Notes: generated by a model not told the origin, from the sequence alone. A stretch of 64,000 bases of DNA from an uncultured Gemmatimonadales bacterium (GCA_963728915.1 CAVSLV010000001.1:672001-736000), one strand, 5' to 3'. Positions 30,281 through 40,512 are shown, numbered from the stretch's first letter. Made by a program: numbers and translations.

Positions 30281-30826
30281 CGCACTGCCACAGTCCGGAC
30301 CACCCGAATGGCGCCGGCCCGCTGGAGGAGACCCAGAAGCTCATCGGGATCGTCGCGAAGCTCGGCGGCATTCACCGCGAGGAAGAACCGGTCGACGCTG
30401 GCGTGCTCGAATTGGGGCACCTCAAATACCGGATGCCAGAGTCGCGGAAGCCGCAGGGCGAAACAGGAGTCCGAAGAACCCTCCGAGAGCAGCGAGGAGC
30501 ACGGTGCCTTCGAAGGTGGGCACCACGAATGCCGGCACCGCATGAGCGGGACGCCCGCCGATATTGAGCGGATAGTCGATTGCGTTGGTCCACCACTGGA
30601 TCAGATAGCTCGCCAGGCCACCAGCTATTCCAGCGATCAACACCGTGAGCGGAAGCCGGGATTTCGAATAGCCGGCCTGCTCGATCGGCTCCTCCATCGG
30701 GTAGGGGGAGTAGAACTCGAATTCCCGGTACCCGGCCTCGCGCAGCACGGCGACCGCCCCTTCCACCTCGCCGGCTTGCTCGAACTCGGCGAGCAAGGCC
30801 CCGAGCGGCCAGCGCCGGTCACGCAT
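30277..30826 (-). CDS. actD: Alternative complex III subunit ActD (DUF3341), 1-bp frameshift at ~30462
   Basis: LLAEF...YSPYP...[10 protein letters not shown]...PTFE in one frame; LPRLWHPVF...ASVDRFFL continues in the next frame. Confidence 0.85.
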
Positions 30827-32198
30827 GTGCCCCCTCGATTCCCGACTCCGGAGGGGGCCTCGCCACCAGGCGCTTCACCTCGGAGAGCGCCACCACGGGG
30901 AGCCAGCGGAGGAAGAGGAGGAACAGGAGCAGGAAAAGCCCCAGACTCCCGGCCAGGATACCAAGATCGACCCAGGTCGGCCTGAATGGGTGCCAGCTCG
31001 AGGGAAGAAAGTCCCTGCTGAGGGAGGTGACGATGATGAGAAATCGCTCCAGCCACATGCCGATCAGGATGGCAACCCCGGCGCTCACCAGGACGGCCGG
31101 ATTCCTCCGGAGCCGGCGCGACCAGAAGAGCTGTGGGGTGAGGACGTTCATGGCGATCATCACCCAGTAAAGAACGGCATAATCGCCGGTAGGGCGCTGG
31201 ACCAGATGGATGTAACGTTCAAACTTATCGTTGCTATACCACGCGAGGAGTACCTCCACAACATAGCTGTAGGCAAGCAGAAGGCCGGTCGTGAGCACCA
31301 GCTTGGCAAGGTTGTCGAGGTGTCGCGGAGTGATCACGTCATGCAGCCGGTAGGCCCTTCGGACCGGAATGGCCAGGATCAGGACCATGGCGAGGCCGGA
31401 GTAGATCGCGCCCACCACGAAGTAGGGCGGAAAGATTGTCGAGTGCCACCCGGGGAGCTGGGCAATCGAGAAATCCAGGCTCACCACGCTGTGTACCGAG
31501 ACCACCAGGGGAGTAGCGAGGGCGGCCAGCAGGCCATAGGCGACCCGGTGGCGCTGCCACTGGAATCCGGATCCCCGCCATCCCAGGGCCAGAAGACCGT
31601 AGATCCGGCGCTGAGCCCGGTTGGCGACTCGGTCCCGAGCGGTGGCCAGATCGGGAAGCATGCCGAGATACCAGAACAGGAGCGAGACGGTGAAGTAGGT
31701 CGTGACCGCGGCGACATCCCAGGGAAGGGCGCTCTTGAAGTTCGGCCACATCCCAAAGCGGGCGGGGTAGGGAACCAGCCAGTAGAAGAACCACGGGCGT
31801 CCCAGGTGCAGCACCGGAAAGAGCGCCGCGTTGACCAGCGCGAAGATGGTCATCGCTTCGGCCAGCCGGTTGATCGAGGCCCGCCAGTCCTGGTTGAGGA
31901 GCAGCAGGAAGGCGGAGATGAATGTCCCCGCGTGCCCGATCCCGATCCACCAGACGAAATTGGTGATCGCGAAGCCCCACGCGACCGGGATGTTGTTGCC
32001 CCAGACCCCGATACCCGTGGCCACGGTATAGCCGACCGTCCCGATCAGGACCAGCGTGAGGCTCCCCGCCAGGATCAGGAGCGTCCACCAGCTCCGGGTG
32101 CTGCGCTGGAGTGGCGCCAGGAGGTGATCGGTCAGGTCGGCCGGCCCGGGCCGTCCCAGCACCAGCGGCGTGAGAGCGGGAGTCAGGGGTGCCTTCAT
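30819..32198 (-). CDS. actC: Alternative complex III subunit ActC (NrfD/PsrC family)
   Basis: [58 protein letters not shown]. Confidence 0.95.
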   Translation of the reverse strand: MKAPLTPALTPLVLGRPGPADLTDHLLAPLQRSTRSWWTLLILAGSLTLVLIGTVGYTVATGIGVWGNNIPVAWGFAITNFVWWIGIGHAGTFISAFLLLLNQDWRASINRLAEAMTIFALVNAALFPVLHLGRPWFFYWLVPYPARFGMWPNFKSALPWDVAAVTTYFTVSLLFWYLGMLPDLATARDRVANRAQRRIYGLLALGWRGSGFQWQRHRVAYGLLAALATPLVVSVHSVVSLDFSIAQLPGWHSTIFPPYFVVGAIYSGLAMVLILAIPVRRAYRLHDVITPRHLDNLAKLVLTTGLLLAYSYVVEVLLAWYSNDKFERYIHLVQRPTGDYAVLYWVMIAMNVLTPQLFWSRRLRRNPAVLVSAGVAILIGMWLERFLIIVTSLSRDFLPSSWHPFRPTWVDLGILAGSLGLFLLLFLLFLRWLPVVALSEVKRLVARPPPESGIEGAHA

Positions 32199-35002
32199 GA
32201 AACGAGGGGGAAGGCCGGGTTAGGATTCGAAACCCGGGCCAGGTACCGGACTCGCGGCCGGGTCCCCAGCTCTTCGAGCACCGCATAGGCACGAGGCAGG
32301 GACCGGAGCCGGGCGACTTCGCTCCCCGCCTCGGTGAGGGATCCGAAGCGGATGGCTTCGGAGGGACAGGCTTGCTGGCACGCGGTGCGGACCTGGATGC
32401 CTCGGAGGGGCCGGCCCGCCACCCGCGCCTGGATCTCCGCCTCCCGGATCCGCTGCACGCAGAAGGTGCACTTCTCCATTACGCCGCGCTGCCGAACGGT
32501 CACGTCGGGATTCTTGACCAGTTGTTCGACTTCACTCAGCTCCTGGTTGTAGTCGAACCAGTTGAACCGGCGCACCTTGTAAGGGCAGTTGTTGGAGCAG
32601 AACCGGGTGCCGACGCAGCGGTTGTAGGTCATCTCGTTGATCCCGTCCGGGCTGTGGGTGGTGGCCCCGACCGGGCAGACGTATTCGCATGGGGCCATTT
32701 CGCAGTGCTGGCACAGCATCGGCTGGAGCAGGCGCTCCGGACCGCCGCGTGGTCCGAGATACGAGTCGATCCGGAGCCAGTGCATCTCGTGGCGACGCGA
32801 GACTTCCTCGCGGCCCACGGCGGGAACGTTGTTCTCGGCCTGGCACGCAACCACGCAGGCGCTGCATCCGGTGCAGCGGGACAGGTCGATCACCATGGCC
32901 CACTGGTTCTCGCCTCCGGCTCCGGGCCGAGGTGGGGGTGCCTGGTACAGCGTGATCGGGGGCTCCGGCGTGCTCCGCCGGAGGCCGGCGGCCTCATCCC
33001 GGGTGAGCGCATGCACCGGGCTCCGTTCCGACAGGTCCCAATGACCCTGGGTAAGAGCGAGATGCTGCTGCCCTCCAGCCTTCCGGACCGATACCCCGCC
33101 GATCCAGGACGGCCGGTCCGCCGGCCATAGGGGATAGAGATCCGCACCCAGGCCGGCGGCGAGGGATCCCCCGGCATGCCGGCCGAAGCCGATCGCCGCA
33201 ACGATGGTGTGATCCGGAAGCCCGGGGACAACGAGCGCCGGTAGGATGGCGCGAACTCCAGCCTGCTCCAGCTCGAGAAGATCACCGTTGGCCACACCGA
33301 GGCGTCCCGCCTCGCCGGGGCAGAGCTCCGCGGCGTTTCCCCAGGTGAGGGTGGTGAGCGGCCGAGGCAGCTCCTGGAGCCACGCATTGTTCGCGAATCG
33401 TCCGTCGTAGACTCCCGGATCCGGAACCAGCAGCAGATCGACTCCCTCGGCGGTGGGGGCTGATTGCGACCCGGGAACGCCGGCCTCTGGCCGCGACACC
33501 GACGCGGCCGGCCCGCCGGGCAGGATTCCGGTTCGGAGCGCGTCGGTCCAGGCTGAGGGAAAGTCCTCCGCAACCAGCCGGCGCTGCCAGTGCTCCTGCA
33601 CCAGGTCGTGCGCGGCTCGGCTTTCTCCCGCCAGGGCCGCGAGGATGGCGATCCGGCCGACGCTCTCGTAGAGCGGGCGGATGAGCGGCTGGATCAGGCT
33701 GGGCGTTCCCTCGAACCCGCGAAGGTCGCCCCAGGTTTCGAGATAGTGATCGAGCGGCTGGAACCACTCGGCCAGGCGCCCCGTTTCCTCGCGGTGGGTC
33801 GCGGCATGCCAACGGAAGGACACGCGATCATAACCCGCGGCAAATCGGAGCGCTCCAGGAGTCGCGTAGCACGGGTTGACCTCGGCACTCACCAGGACGG
33901 ACACCGCGCCGGCGTGCATCGCCTCGACCAGGGGAACCAGGCCGAAGGCGGGATCCCCTGCGCCGTAAAGCGGAGACCTGGTGAACCAGGTCGTCGTTCC
34001 GAGGTTCCCAAGCACTCGATTCAGCCGATCGCCGAGGCCGAGCAGGGCGGCTGGCTGGTCGGACCCGACGATGACGACCGAGCGGCCTCTCGCCCCGAGC
34101 AGGTCGTCCGCCAGGGCGCCGATCCAGGGAGCGGCAGGGCCTGGGGAGCGTCCTTCCACCCGATCGAGCAGGGACGTCAGCACGCCCGCCGTCTCCCCCG
34201 GACGCAGAGCGATCCGATGGTCCGCCGCGGCGCCGGTGATGGTAAGCCCCGACTCGATGGTGTAGAGACGGCTCATGTCGGGACCGGGCTCGCGGGTTCC
34301 CGCGAAAGCACGAGCATATCGAAGATGGAGCGGCCCGGTCCCGAGGACATCGGCCTGAATCGTCAGGATGATTCGAGCCCGAGCGAGGTCATGCTGACGG
34401 GACCAGGTCGCTTCGCTTCCCGGTGGATTGGAGAACGGCGCATAGAAATGGATGCCAGCCTCGGGATAGCGATCTCGAATCCGGTCGAGCAGGTCGGCCT
34501 CGGTGGGTGAGCTCGTAGGGGGAAGGAGAATGCGCAGGCCGGTCCCCTTCGCCCCGATCCGCGATGCGAGTGCCGCCGGTCCAATCGCGGTGAGGGTCTC
34601 CGCCACGGTGACCCGTCTTTCCTGATGGATCGGAAAGCGGGCTCGATCGGCGTCATAGAGATCGAGGAGCGATCCCTGCTCGATCGCTCCGGTGCCGCCC
34701 AGGCTGGCCGGGTGAAGGGGATTTCCTTCGATCTTGATCGGCCGGCCCTCGCGGCTTTCCACCAGCAGCCCGGTTCCGAACCCGTCGAGATCCATGGCAG
34801 TCGCGTACCAGGTGGGTTCGCCCGGTACCAGGTCATTCGAGCCGACGAACGGCAGGATGCGCTCGACCGGACGCTCGCAGGCCGGCAGGGCGGCCAGGCT
34901 CAACGCTCCGCCCAGCACCTGCACGAACTGCCGGCGCGACACCGATCCCGGCGCCCTCTCGAGATTCCCTCTCGACCTCCCGACCTCCCGACCTCCCGTC
35001 AT
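32195..35002 (-). CDS. actB: Alternative complex III subunit ActB (molybdopterin-oxidoreductase-like domain + Fe-S domain)
   Basis: Tat motif [47 protein letters not shown]...[27 protein letters not shown] overlap with the actA stop. Confidence 0.93.
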   Translation of the reverse strand: MTGGREVGRSRGNLERAPGSVSRRQFVQVLGGALSLAALPACERPVERILPFVGSNDLVPGEPTWYATAMDLDGFGTGLLVESREGRPIKIEGNPLHPASLGGTGAIEQGSLLDLYDADRARFPIHQERRVTVAETLTAIGPAALASRIGAKGTGLRILLPPTSSPTEADLLDRIRDRYPEAGIHFYAPFSNPPGSEATWSRQHDLARARIILTIQADVLGTGPLHLRYARAFAGTREPGPDMSRLYTIESGLTITGAAADHRIALRPGETAGVLTSLLDRVEGRSPGPAAPWIGALADDLLGARGRSVVIVGSDQPAALLGLGDRLNRVLGNLGTTTWFTRSPLYGAGDPAFGLVPLVEAMHAGAVSVLVSAEVNPCYATPGALRFAAGYDRVSFRWHAATHREETGRLAEWFQPLDHYLETWGDLRGFEGTPSLIQPLIRPLYESVGRIAILAALAGESRAAHDLVQEHWQRRLVAEDFPSAWTDALRTGILPGGPAASVSRPEAGVPGSQSAPTAEGVDLLLVPDPGVYDGRFANNAWLQELPRPLTTLTWGNAAELCPGEAGRLGVANGDLLELEQAGVRAILPALVVPGLPDHTIVAAIGFGRHAGGSLAAGLGADLYPLWPADRPSWIGGVSVRKAGGQQHLALTQGHWDLSERSPVHALTRDEAAGLRRSTPEPPITLYQAPPPRPGAGGENQWAMVIDLSRCTGCSACVVACQAENNVPAVGREEVSRRHEMHWLRIDSYLGPRGGPERLLQPMLCQHCEMAPCEYVCPVGATTHSPDGINEMTYNRCVGTRFCSNNCPYKVRRFNWFDYNQELSEVEQLVKNPDVTVRQRGVMEKCTFCVQRIREAEIQARVAGRPLRGIQVRTACQQACPSEAIRFGSLTEAGSEVARLRSLPRAYAVLEELGTRPRVRYLARVSNPNPAFPLVS
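34973..34998. repeat. 8-bp tandem repeat (CGACCTCC)x3 at the start of actB
   Basis: cgacctcc cgacctcc cgacctcc cg read directly; GGAGGTCG x3 on the coding strand. Confidence 0.85.
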
Positions 35003-35580
35003 CGGTGGCAGGTGCTGCAATGGGTCAGACGGCGGCGATCCCCGGTCTGGTGATCCGCCCCGGTGGACTGGGCCCGATGACAATCGAGGCACCAGCGCAT
35101 CGTCAGCGGCTCCACCTGCCGGACGACCTGCATGGTGTCCACCGCACCATGGCAGCTCGTGCAGGTGAATCCGGCCGCCAGGTGCACCGCGTGGTTGAAG
35201 AACACGAAATCGGGGAGGCGGTGGACCCGTCGCCACGGAATCGCGCGCCCGGTCGCCAGGCTGGCCCGAACCGGGGCGAACGTCGCGCTCTCCAGCAAGA
35301 CCGGGTTATGGCAGGACACGCAGGCCTCGGTCGGGGGGAGGCCGGCGTAGCGGGATCGCAGCGCGCCGGCGTGACAATACCGGCAGTCGATTCGAAGCCC
35401 CTGGGCATGAATGCGATGGTCGAACGGGACGGGCTGCTCCACCAGACGATCCTCTCCCGTGGCGGCCGGGCGTCGAACCCAGGCCATGAGGCTGCCCGCC
35501 AGCACCCAGGGTCCGAGCAGCAGCGCCAGGACGAGCCACCGGAATTGACGATCGCCGCGCGGAGTAAACAGGGCGCTCAC
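34999..35580 (-). CDS. actA: Alternative complex III pentaheme cytochrome c ActA
   Basis: N-terminal TM helix, QPVPFDH, five CxxCH motifs (CRYCH, CVSCH, CTSCH, CLDCH, CSTCH), LPDFVFFNH. Confidence 0.93.
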   Translation of the reverse strand: MSALFTPRGDRQFRWLVLALLLGPWVLAGSLMAWVRRPAATGEDRLVEQPVPFDHRIHAQGLRIDCRYCHAGALRSRYAGLPPTEACVSCHNPVLLESATFAPVRASLATGRAIPWRRVHRLPDFVFFNHAVHLAAGFTCTSCHGAVDTMQVVRQVEPLTMRWCLDCHRAQSTGADHQTGDRRRLTHCSTCHR

Positions 35581-35586
35581 CGATGC

Positions 35587-35955
35587 TCACCGAGCGTACA
35601 GGTAAGCGGCGATGTCGCGGGCCTCCGAGGCGCTGATGCCGAGATTGGGCATGACGTTCCCCGGCTCATAGAGCTGGGGAAGCATGATCCAGCGAATCAG
35701 GCTGTCCGGCTGGTTGGGGAGTCGCCCCACGATGAAGACCCGCTTGCGAAACTCCGATAGCGGAGGACCGAGCACTCCCTCCGCTCCCGGCACGCCGGGA
35801 ATGTCGTGACAGGAGCCGCACCCATACCTGGCGATGAACTGCGCCCCCCGGGACGGATCACCGCCTGGAATCGGAGATGGCGGTGTGGAAGCGCACCCGG
35901 CCGCCAGACTGACACTGAACGGCAGGAACACCGGGATTGTGAGTCGCGTTGCCAC
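35587..35955 (-). CDS. Monoheme class I cytochrome c (probable lipoprotein)
   Basis: GTG start after GAGAGGAGG; AAGC lipobox; GCGSCH, GPPL, PGNVMP. Confidence 0.85.
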   Translation of the reverse strand: MATRLTIPVFLPFSVSLAAGCASTPPSPIPGGDPSRGAQFIARYGCGSCHDIPGVPGAEGVLGPPLSEFRKRVFIVGRLPNQPDSLIRWIMLPQLYEPGNVMPNLGISASEARDIAAYLYAR

Positions 35956-36062
35956 CCCTCCTCTCTTCCAACACCCCGCGGGGGGACGAAAGGAAATCAG
36001 GGCCTCCACACATGGCGGGCGGTTATCTTGGGGCCCCGAAGACCACGAATTCCGGAGGGGCC

Positions 36063-36554
36063 ATGTCGATCGGTAGCGACTTGTTGGGGGAGTTCGATCA
36101 GGAAATGGGGACGACCCGTCGTCTCCTCGAGCGGGTCCCCGGAGAGAAGGGCGACTGGAAGCCCCATCCGAAGTCGTTTTCCCTGGCGCACCTGGCGCAA
36201 TTGGTGGCCAGGATGCCCGGCTGGGTTGCTCTCTCGATCCAGCGCGGGGAGATCGATCTATCCGGCGCGCCGAACTACAGCAACGAAACGACGGAGGCCC
36301 TGCTCACCGAATTTGATCGGAATGTGAAGGCCAGTCGTGATGCGCTGGGTCAGGCTGGCGACGCCGATTTCGGCCTCCCCTGGCAACTCAAACACCAGGG
36401 CCGGGTGCTGTTCACTTCGACGCGTGGGGCCACCGTACGGCAGACCATCAGTCACCTGGTGCACCACCGGGGCCAGCTCACCGTGTACTTGCGGTTGCTG
36501 GACGTTCCGATCCCTTCGATCTACGGCCCCACTGCCGACGAGCGTGCCTGGTAA
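36063..36554 (+). CDS. DinB-family protein
   Basis: WKPHPKS..LAHLA...HLVHHRGQLTVYLRLLD..PSIYGP. GGAGG RBS. Confidence 0.9.
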   Translation: MSIGSDLLGEFDQEMGTTRRLLERVPGEKGDWKPHPKSFSLAHLAQLVARMPGWVALSIQRGEIDLSGAPNYSNETTEALLTEFDRNVKASRDALGQAGDADFGLPWQLKHQGRVLFTSTRGATVRQTISHLVHHRGQLTVYLRLLDVPIPSIYGPTADERAW

Positions 36555-36572
36555 GCCGCTCGGCGGAGCGCC

Positions 36573-37133
36573 CTAGCGGATCTGCACCAGCAGGGGAAGC
36601 TTGCCCGGCTTCCAGTTTTCGCTGCCAACCTCGACGAACATGGGCCGGGGACTCCCGTCGATCTGAAGGGAAAACCGGAGGCTCTGCACCTTGTCGTCGA
36701 CCCGGAAGCGGAATCCATCGATGTCGTCGTTGGTCAGGGTGGAGAACACGATCGTATGGTCGTCCACCTTCTCGATCTTGTCCTGGTCCCTGGTCACCAC
36801 CACCGGTCCGCGGCCCGGGGCAACGTGGGCCCGTCCCCTGGGACCGACCACGACCCGCGCCGGCCTCCCTGGATACAGGACCCGGCGCTCGGTCTCGACG
36901 TCGATCCGCTTGAGCGACTTGAGGTCACCGCCCTCGGAGGTGACGGTTCCGGTGAACCGGCGCATTGCCCCCCTGGTGGTCCAGCGAAGCTGCCAGCCGT
37001 CTTCATCATGCCAGAGGTAATACCCGAGATCGACTCCCTCGGCGAACGTGGGCCGGCCTTCGAAATGACTGACCTCCTGTTGTGGCAGGAATGACAGGGG
37101 CCAGAGCAGCGACAGCAGGGCAAGCGCGCGCAT
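36573..37133 (-). CDS. Hypothetical secreted protein
   Basis: Signal peptide, GGAGG RBS, beta-rich sequence, coding-like codon usage. Confidence 0.7.
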   Translation of the reverse strand: MRALALLSLLWPLSFLPQQEVSHFEGRPTFAEGVDLGYYLWHDEDGWQLRWTTRGAMRRFTGTVTSEGGDLKSLKRIDVETERRVLYPGRPARVVVGPRGRAHVAPGRGPVVVTRDQDKIEKVDDHTIVFSTLTNDDIDGFRFRVDDKVQSLRFSLQIDGSPRPMFVEVGSENWKPGKLPLLVQIR

Positions 37134-37291
37134 GGGATCCCTCCGTGGAGACGACTTGGGGACGGGCACAGCCTCGAACTGTTAACCGCGATCACGGGAA
37201 GATTTAGCAAAAACCCCGGGCGAACGCCATCCTGCAGAGTGGACTCCGGGGGGGCCGCTTAACGCCCCCCCCACCCCTGCGTCTTCTGGGC

Positions 37292-39001
37292 ATGAGACGA
37301 ATTCCCTTGTTGCTCGCCGTCTGGCTTGGCTCCCTTGGGCTTACCAACCGCCAGCCCGTCGTCTCGCCGGCAGGCCTGGACAGCGCCCGCCATGTGCTGG
37401 ATCGGCTGGGCTATGGACCCCTTCCCGGCCAGGCCGAGACGATTGCCCGGGAAGGGGTGATGCGGTGGATCGACCGCCAGCTTGCCTCTCCCGAGCTCGG
37501 GGACCCCGATCTGAGAAAGTCCCTCGCCGGGTACCAGCTTCTCTCCACCAGCTCCCAGGAGCTGCTTCAGCAGTTCACCGAGGCGCAACGGGAACGCCGA
37601 CTCGAACAACGCGACCGGCCCGACACCATGATGAGCCCGGCCCCGCGCCGGCCGCCTCCCGAAGAGCTCACCGGAATCCGCCGATTACTGGGCCAATTGC
37701 CGGAGCTGGTGGTGGTTCGGGCCGCCCGTTCCGAGCACCAGCTCGGCGAGGTCATGGCGGACTTCTGGTTCAACCATTTCAACGTGTTCGCCGGCAAGGG
37801 CCTCGATCGAGTGTATCTGCCCGAATACATGGAGAAGACCATCCGGCCCCACGCGCTGGGTCGCTTCGAGGACCTGCTGGTCGCGACCGCCACGAGCCCC
37901 GCGATGATGTTCTATCTCGACAACGTGCAGAGCGTCGCCCCGGGCTCGCGGCCGCCGGCGCTGGACCGGCGGCCCGCGATCGCGATGCGGGGCCGGTCCG
38001 GGCTTCGGGGCCGGCCCGGATTCCAGGGCGGAAGGCAACCTAACCCGCGGGCCGATTCGCTCCGGCAGCGGGCGCTCGCCCGGATGCCGACCGGCATCAA
38101 CGAAAACTACGCCCGCGAGCTCATGGAGCTCCACACCCTCGGCGTGAACGGCGGCTACACCCAGAAGGATGTCACCGAAGGGGCCCGGATCCTGACCGGC
38201 TGGAGCATCGCGCCCCCGGGCGGGGCCCTGGCCGGGTTCCGGCGGGGCCCCGAGCCCCGGGCCGGCTTCGAGTTTCATGACTGGGCCCACGATCGCGGGG
38301 CCAAGACGGTGCTGGGGACCGGGTTTCCCGCGGGACATGGCGAGGACGAAGGCAGGCGCCTCCTGTCGCTGCTCGCCTCCCATCCCAGCACGATGCATTT
38401 CGTGAGTGCGAAGCTGTGCGCCCGCTTCGTCAACGACGATCCACCCGATGGCTGTATCGACGATGCGGTGCGGGCCTGGAATAAGAGCGATGGGGACATC
38501 CGCGAAGTGCTCCGCGCCATTTTCCATTCGCCCGATTTCTGGTCGTCTCAGAATCGCGAGGTCAAGGTCAAGACCCCGCTCGAGTTCGTGATCAGCGCGG
38601 TCCGCGCCGTGGGCGCGGTTCCCGATTCGACCCCCCGGTTGGCCCAAGCGGTTGCCCGGCTCGGGGAGCCTCTGTTTCAGCACATCGCCCCCAACGGCTA
38701 CGGGGAGCGCCAGGATGATTGGGTGAACAGCGGCGCCCTGCTCAACCGGATGAACTTCGCGATGGGGCTCGCGAGCGGCCGGCTACCCGGTGTGTCCGTC
38801 GACCTCGATGCGGTCCTGCCTGCCACCGCCGACCACGAGGCGCTGGTATCAGCGGTGGACCGGGTCATTCTGACTGGACGCATGTCGGAACAGACCCGGA
38901 AAGTGATTCTGGACCAGATCTCGGATGTGAGCGACCCTGGTATGGCCCGGGCCATGGCGGTCGGGCTCGCCATCGGCGGACCGGAGTTTCAGAAGCAATA
39001 G
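37292..39001 (+). CDS. DUF1800 family protein
   Basis: DFWFNHFNV, SPAMMFYLDN, NENYARELMELHTLG, KVKTPLE. Confidence 0.92.
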   Translation: MRRIPLLLAVWLGSLGLTNRQPVVSPAGLDSARHVLDRLGYGPLPGQAETIAREGVMRWIDRQLASPELGDPDLRKSLAGYQLLSTSSQELLQQFTEAQRERRLEQRDRPDTMMSPAPRRPPPEELTGIRRLLGQLPELVVVRAARSEHQLGEVMADFWFNHFNVFAGKGLDRVYLPEYMEKTIRPHALGRFEDLLVATATSPAMMFYLDNVQSVAPGSRPPALDRRPAIAMRGRSGLRGRPGFQGGRQPNPRADSLRQRALARMPTGINENYARELMELHTLGVNGGYTQKDVTEGARILTGWSIAPPGGALAGFRRGPEPRAGFEFHDWAHDRGAKTVLGTGFPAGHGEDEGRRLLSLLASHPSTMHFVSAKLCARFVNDDPPDGCIDDAVRAWNKSDGDIREVLRAIFHSPDFWSSQNREVKVKTPLEFVISAVRAVGAVPDSTPRLAQAVARLGEPLFQHIAPNGYGERQDDWVNSGALLNRMNFAMGLASGRLPGVSVDLDAVLPATADHEALVSAVDRVILTGRMSEQTRKVILDQISDVSDPGMARAMAVGLAIGGPEFQKQ

Positions 39002-39030
39002 GCGAGGCGGACAGGCGGAACGAGGATGCT

Positions 39031-40299
39031 ATGAGTCTATCGCGTAGAGTATTCGTGAGGCGTGGCGCCCTGGGCTTGGTCAGCCTGGGTCTGGACCCGC
39101 TGTTCCTGGATCGAGCGGTCTATGCATTGAGCCAACCTGACCGCCAGTCCACCAGTCCGGCGGCCCGCCGCACGCTCGTTTGTCTGTTCCAGCGCGGCGC
39201 CGTCGACGGCCTCAGTATGGTCGTTCCCCATGGAGAAGCCTCCTACTATCGCGAGCGGCCCCGGATCGCGATCCCCCGGAATTCGCTGGTCGATCTCGAT
39301 GGCCATTTCGGGCTCCACCCCGAGCTCGCTCCTCTCAAGCCGTTCTGGGACAACGGAAGCCTTTGTGCCGTGCACGCGGTCGGCTCGCCCGACTCGACCC
39401 GAAGTCACTTCGACGCTCAGGACTATATGGAGAGTGGGACCCCGGGCGTCAAATCCACCCCTGATGGCTGGGCGAACCGGTATTGTCAGAACGCCGCCGA
39501 GCACGTGAACACACCCTTCCGGGCAGTGGCGTTCGGGCCGCAGCTGCCCCGGATCATGGCGGGCACGGCGCCCGCTCTTGCCATCGATGACTTGCGGGCC
39601 TTCGGCATGCGGGCGCGCACCGAGGCGGCCAGCGACCGGCTGACCCGTGCCTTTCAGGCCCTGTACGAGTCCAACGGTCCCGCGACCGGACTGCTCGCCC
39701 AGTCCGCCGAGGAAAGCTTCGAGGCCATCCGGATGTTGCGGTCTGCCAACCCGGGCTCGCTGCCCTCCGAGCACGGCGCGCAGTATCCACCGGGGCGGCT
39801 CGGTCAGAGCCTCGCCCAGATCGCGCAGCTCATCAAGGCGAATCTCGGAGTCGAGATCGCGTTCGCCGACGTCGGAGGCTGGGACACCCACGTCAACCAG
39901 GGCAGTGACCAGGGCCAGCTCGCGATCCGGCTGCGCGAGCTGGGGCAGGCGCTCTCGGCGTTCGCAACCGATCTGGGCGAGGGCATGAGTGAGGTGTGCG
40001 TGCTCACCATGTCGGAATTCGGAAGAACGGTCCAGGAGAACGGCTCGGGCGGCACCGACCATGGGCATGCGACGGCGATGCTGATGCTGGGGGGATCGGT
40101 GCGGGGGCGGCAGGTAGCGGGGAAGTGGCCGGGACTCGATCCGGAAGCGCGTTATGAGAGCCGGGACCTGGCCGTCACCACGGATTTCCGCGACCTCTTC
40201 GGGGAGATCCTGACCCGGCACCTCGGGGCGCGCGACCTGAGCGCGGTGTTCCCGGGTTATGCAGTGGATCCGGCCCGCTTTCCAGGGGTCATTGCCTGA
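39031..40299 (+). CDS. DUF1501 family protein (twin-arginine signal)
   Basis: SRRVF, FQRGAVDGL, RSHFDAQ, GGWDTH, SEFGRT..ENG..GTDHG. Confidence 0.92.
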   Translation: MSLSRRVFVRRGALGLVSLGLDPLFLDRAVYALSQPDRQSTSPAARRTLVCLFQRGAVDGLSMVVPHGEASYYRERPRIAIPRNSLVDLDGHFGLHPELAPLKPFWDNGSLCAVHAVGSPDSTRSHFDAQDYMESGTPGVKSTPDGWANRYCQNAAEHVNTPFRAVAFGPQLPRIMAGTAPALAIDDLRAFGMRARTEAASDRLTRAFQALYESNGPATGLLAQSAEESFEAIRMLRSANPGSLPSEHGAQYPPGRLGQSLAQIAQLIKANLGVEIAFADVGGWDTHVNQGSDQGQLAIRLRELGQALSAFATDLGEGMSEVCVLTMSEFGRTVQENGSGGTDHGHATAMLMLGGSVRGRQVAGKWPGLDPEARYESRDLAVTTDFRDLFGEILTRHLGARDLSAVFPGYAVDPARFPGVIA

Positions 40300-40321
40300 C
40301 CGAGTCGCCAGCGCGGAAACC

Positions 40322-40448
40322 GGGCCGGTTGCGAAACCCGCGACCGGCCCTGAACTCCGCAGGGCGGGGAGCCGGTCCGTGCACCCGGAACCTTCAAACC
40401 GGGGTACCCGGCGAGCTTCAGGCAAACGCGGATAGATGCCCCGACCCC
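40322..40448. other. Structured intergenic element, candidate ncRNA (family not recognised)
   Basis: Several complementary segments in a 213-nt gap between convergent genes; see findings. Confidence 0.35.
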
Positions 40449-40466
40449 GGGGGAGGCTGGAAACAC

Positions 40467-40493
40467 AACGGGCCGGGGAATCCCCGGCCCGTT
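40467..40493 (-). terminator. Intrinsic terminator hairpin, possibly bidirectional
   Basis: AACGGGCCGGGG-aat-CCCCGGCCCGTT, followed by GTGTTT on the minus strand, ~20 nt after the stop at 40513. Confidence 0.75.
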
Positions 40494-40512
40494 CTGCTGA
40501 CACAGGGCTCGA

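Noticed and set aside
32195..35002. Catalytic molybdoenzyme or Nrf nitrite reductase
   Set aside because: Gene order and motifs match ACIII; no NrfA-like CxxCK cytochrome is present.
37248..37272. G7...C8 runs forming a hairpin in the divergent promoter before DUF1800
   Set aside because: Low-complexity pairing in GC-rich DNA with unreliable homopolymer lengths; not enough to call a feature.
40300..40495. 6S RNA, RNase P, SRP, tmRNA or c-di-GMP riboswitch
   Set aside because: Only short coincidental words (e.g. GATAGATG, GGCAAAC); I could not find the required conserved cores by eye. Left as an unassigned candidate.
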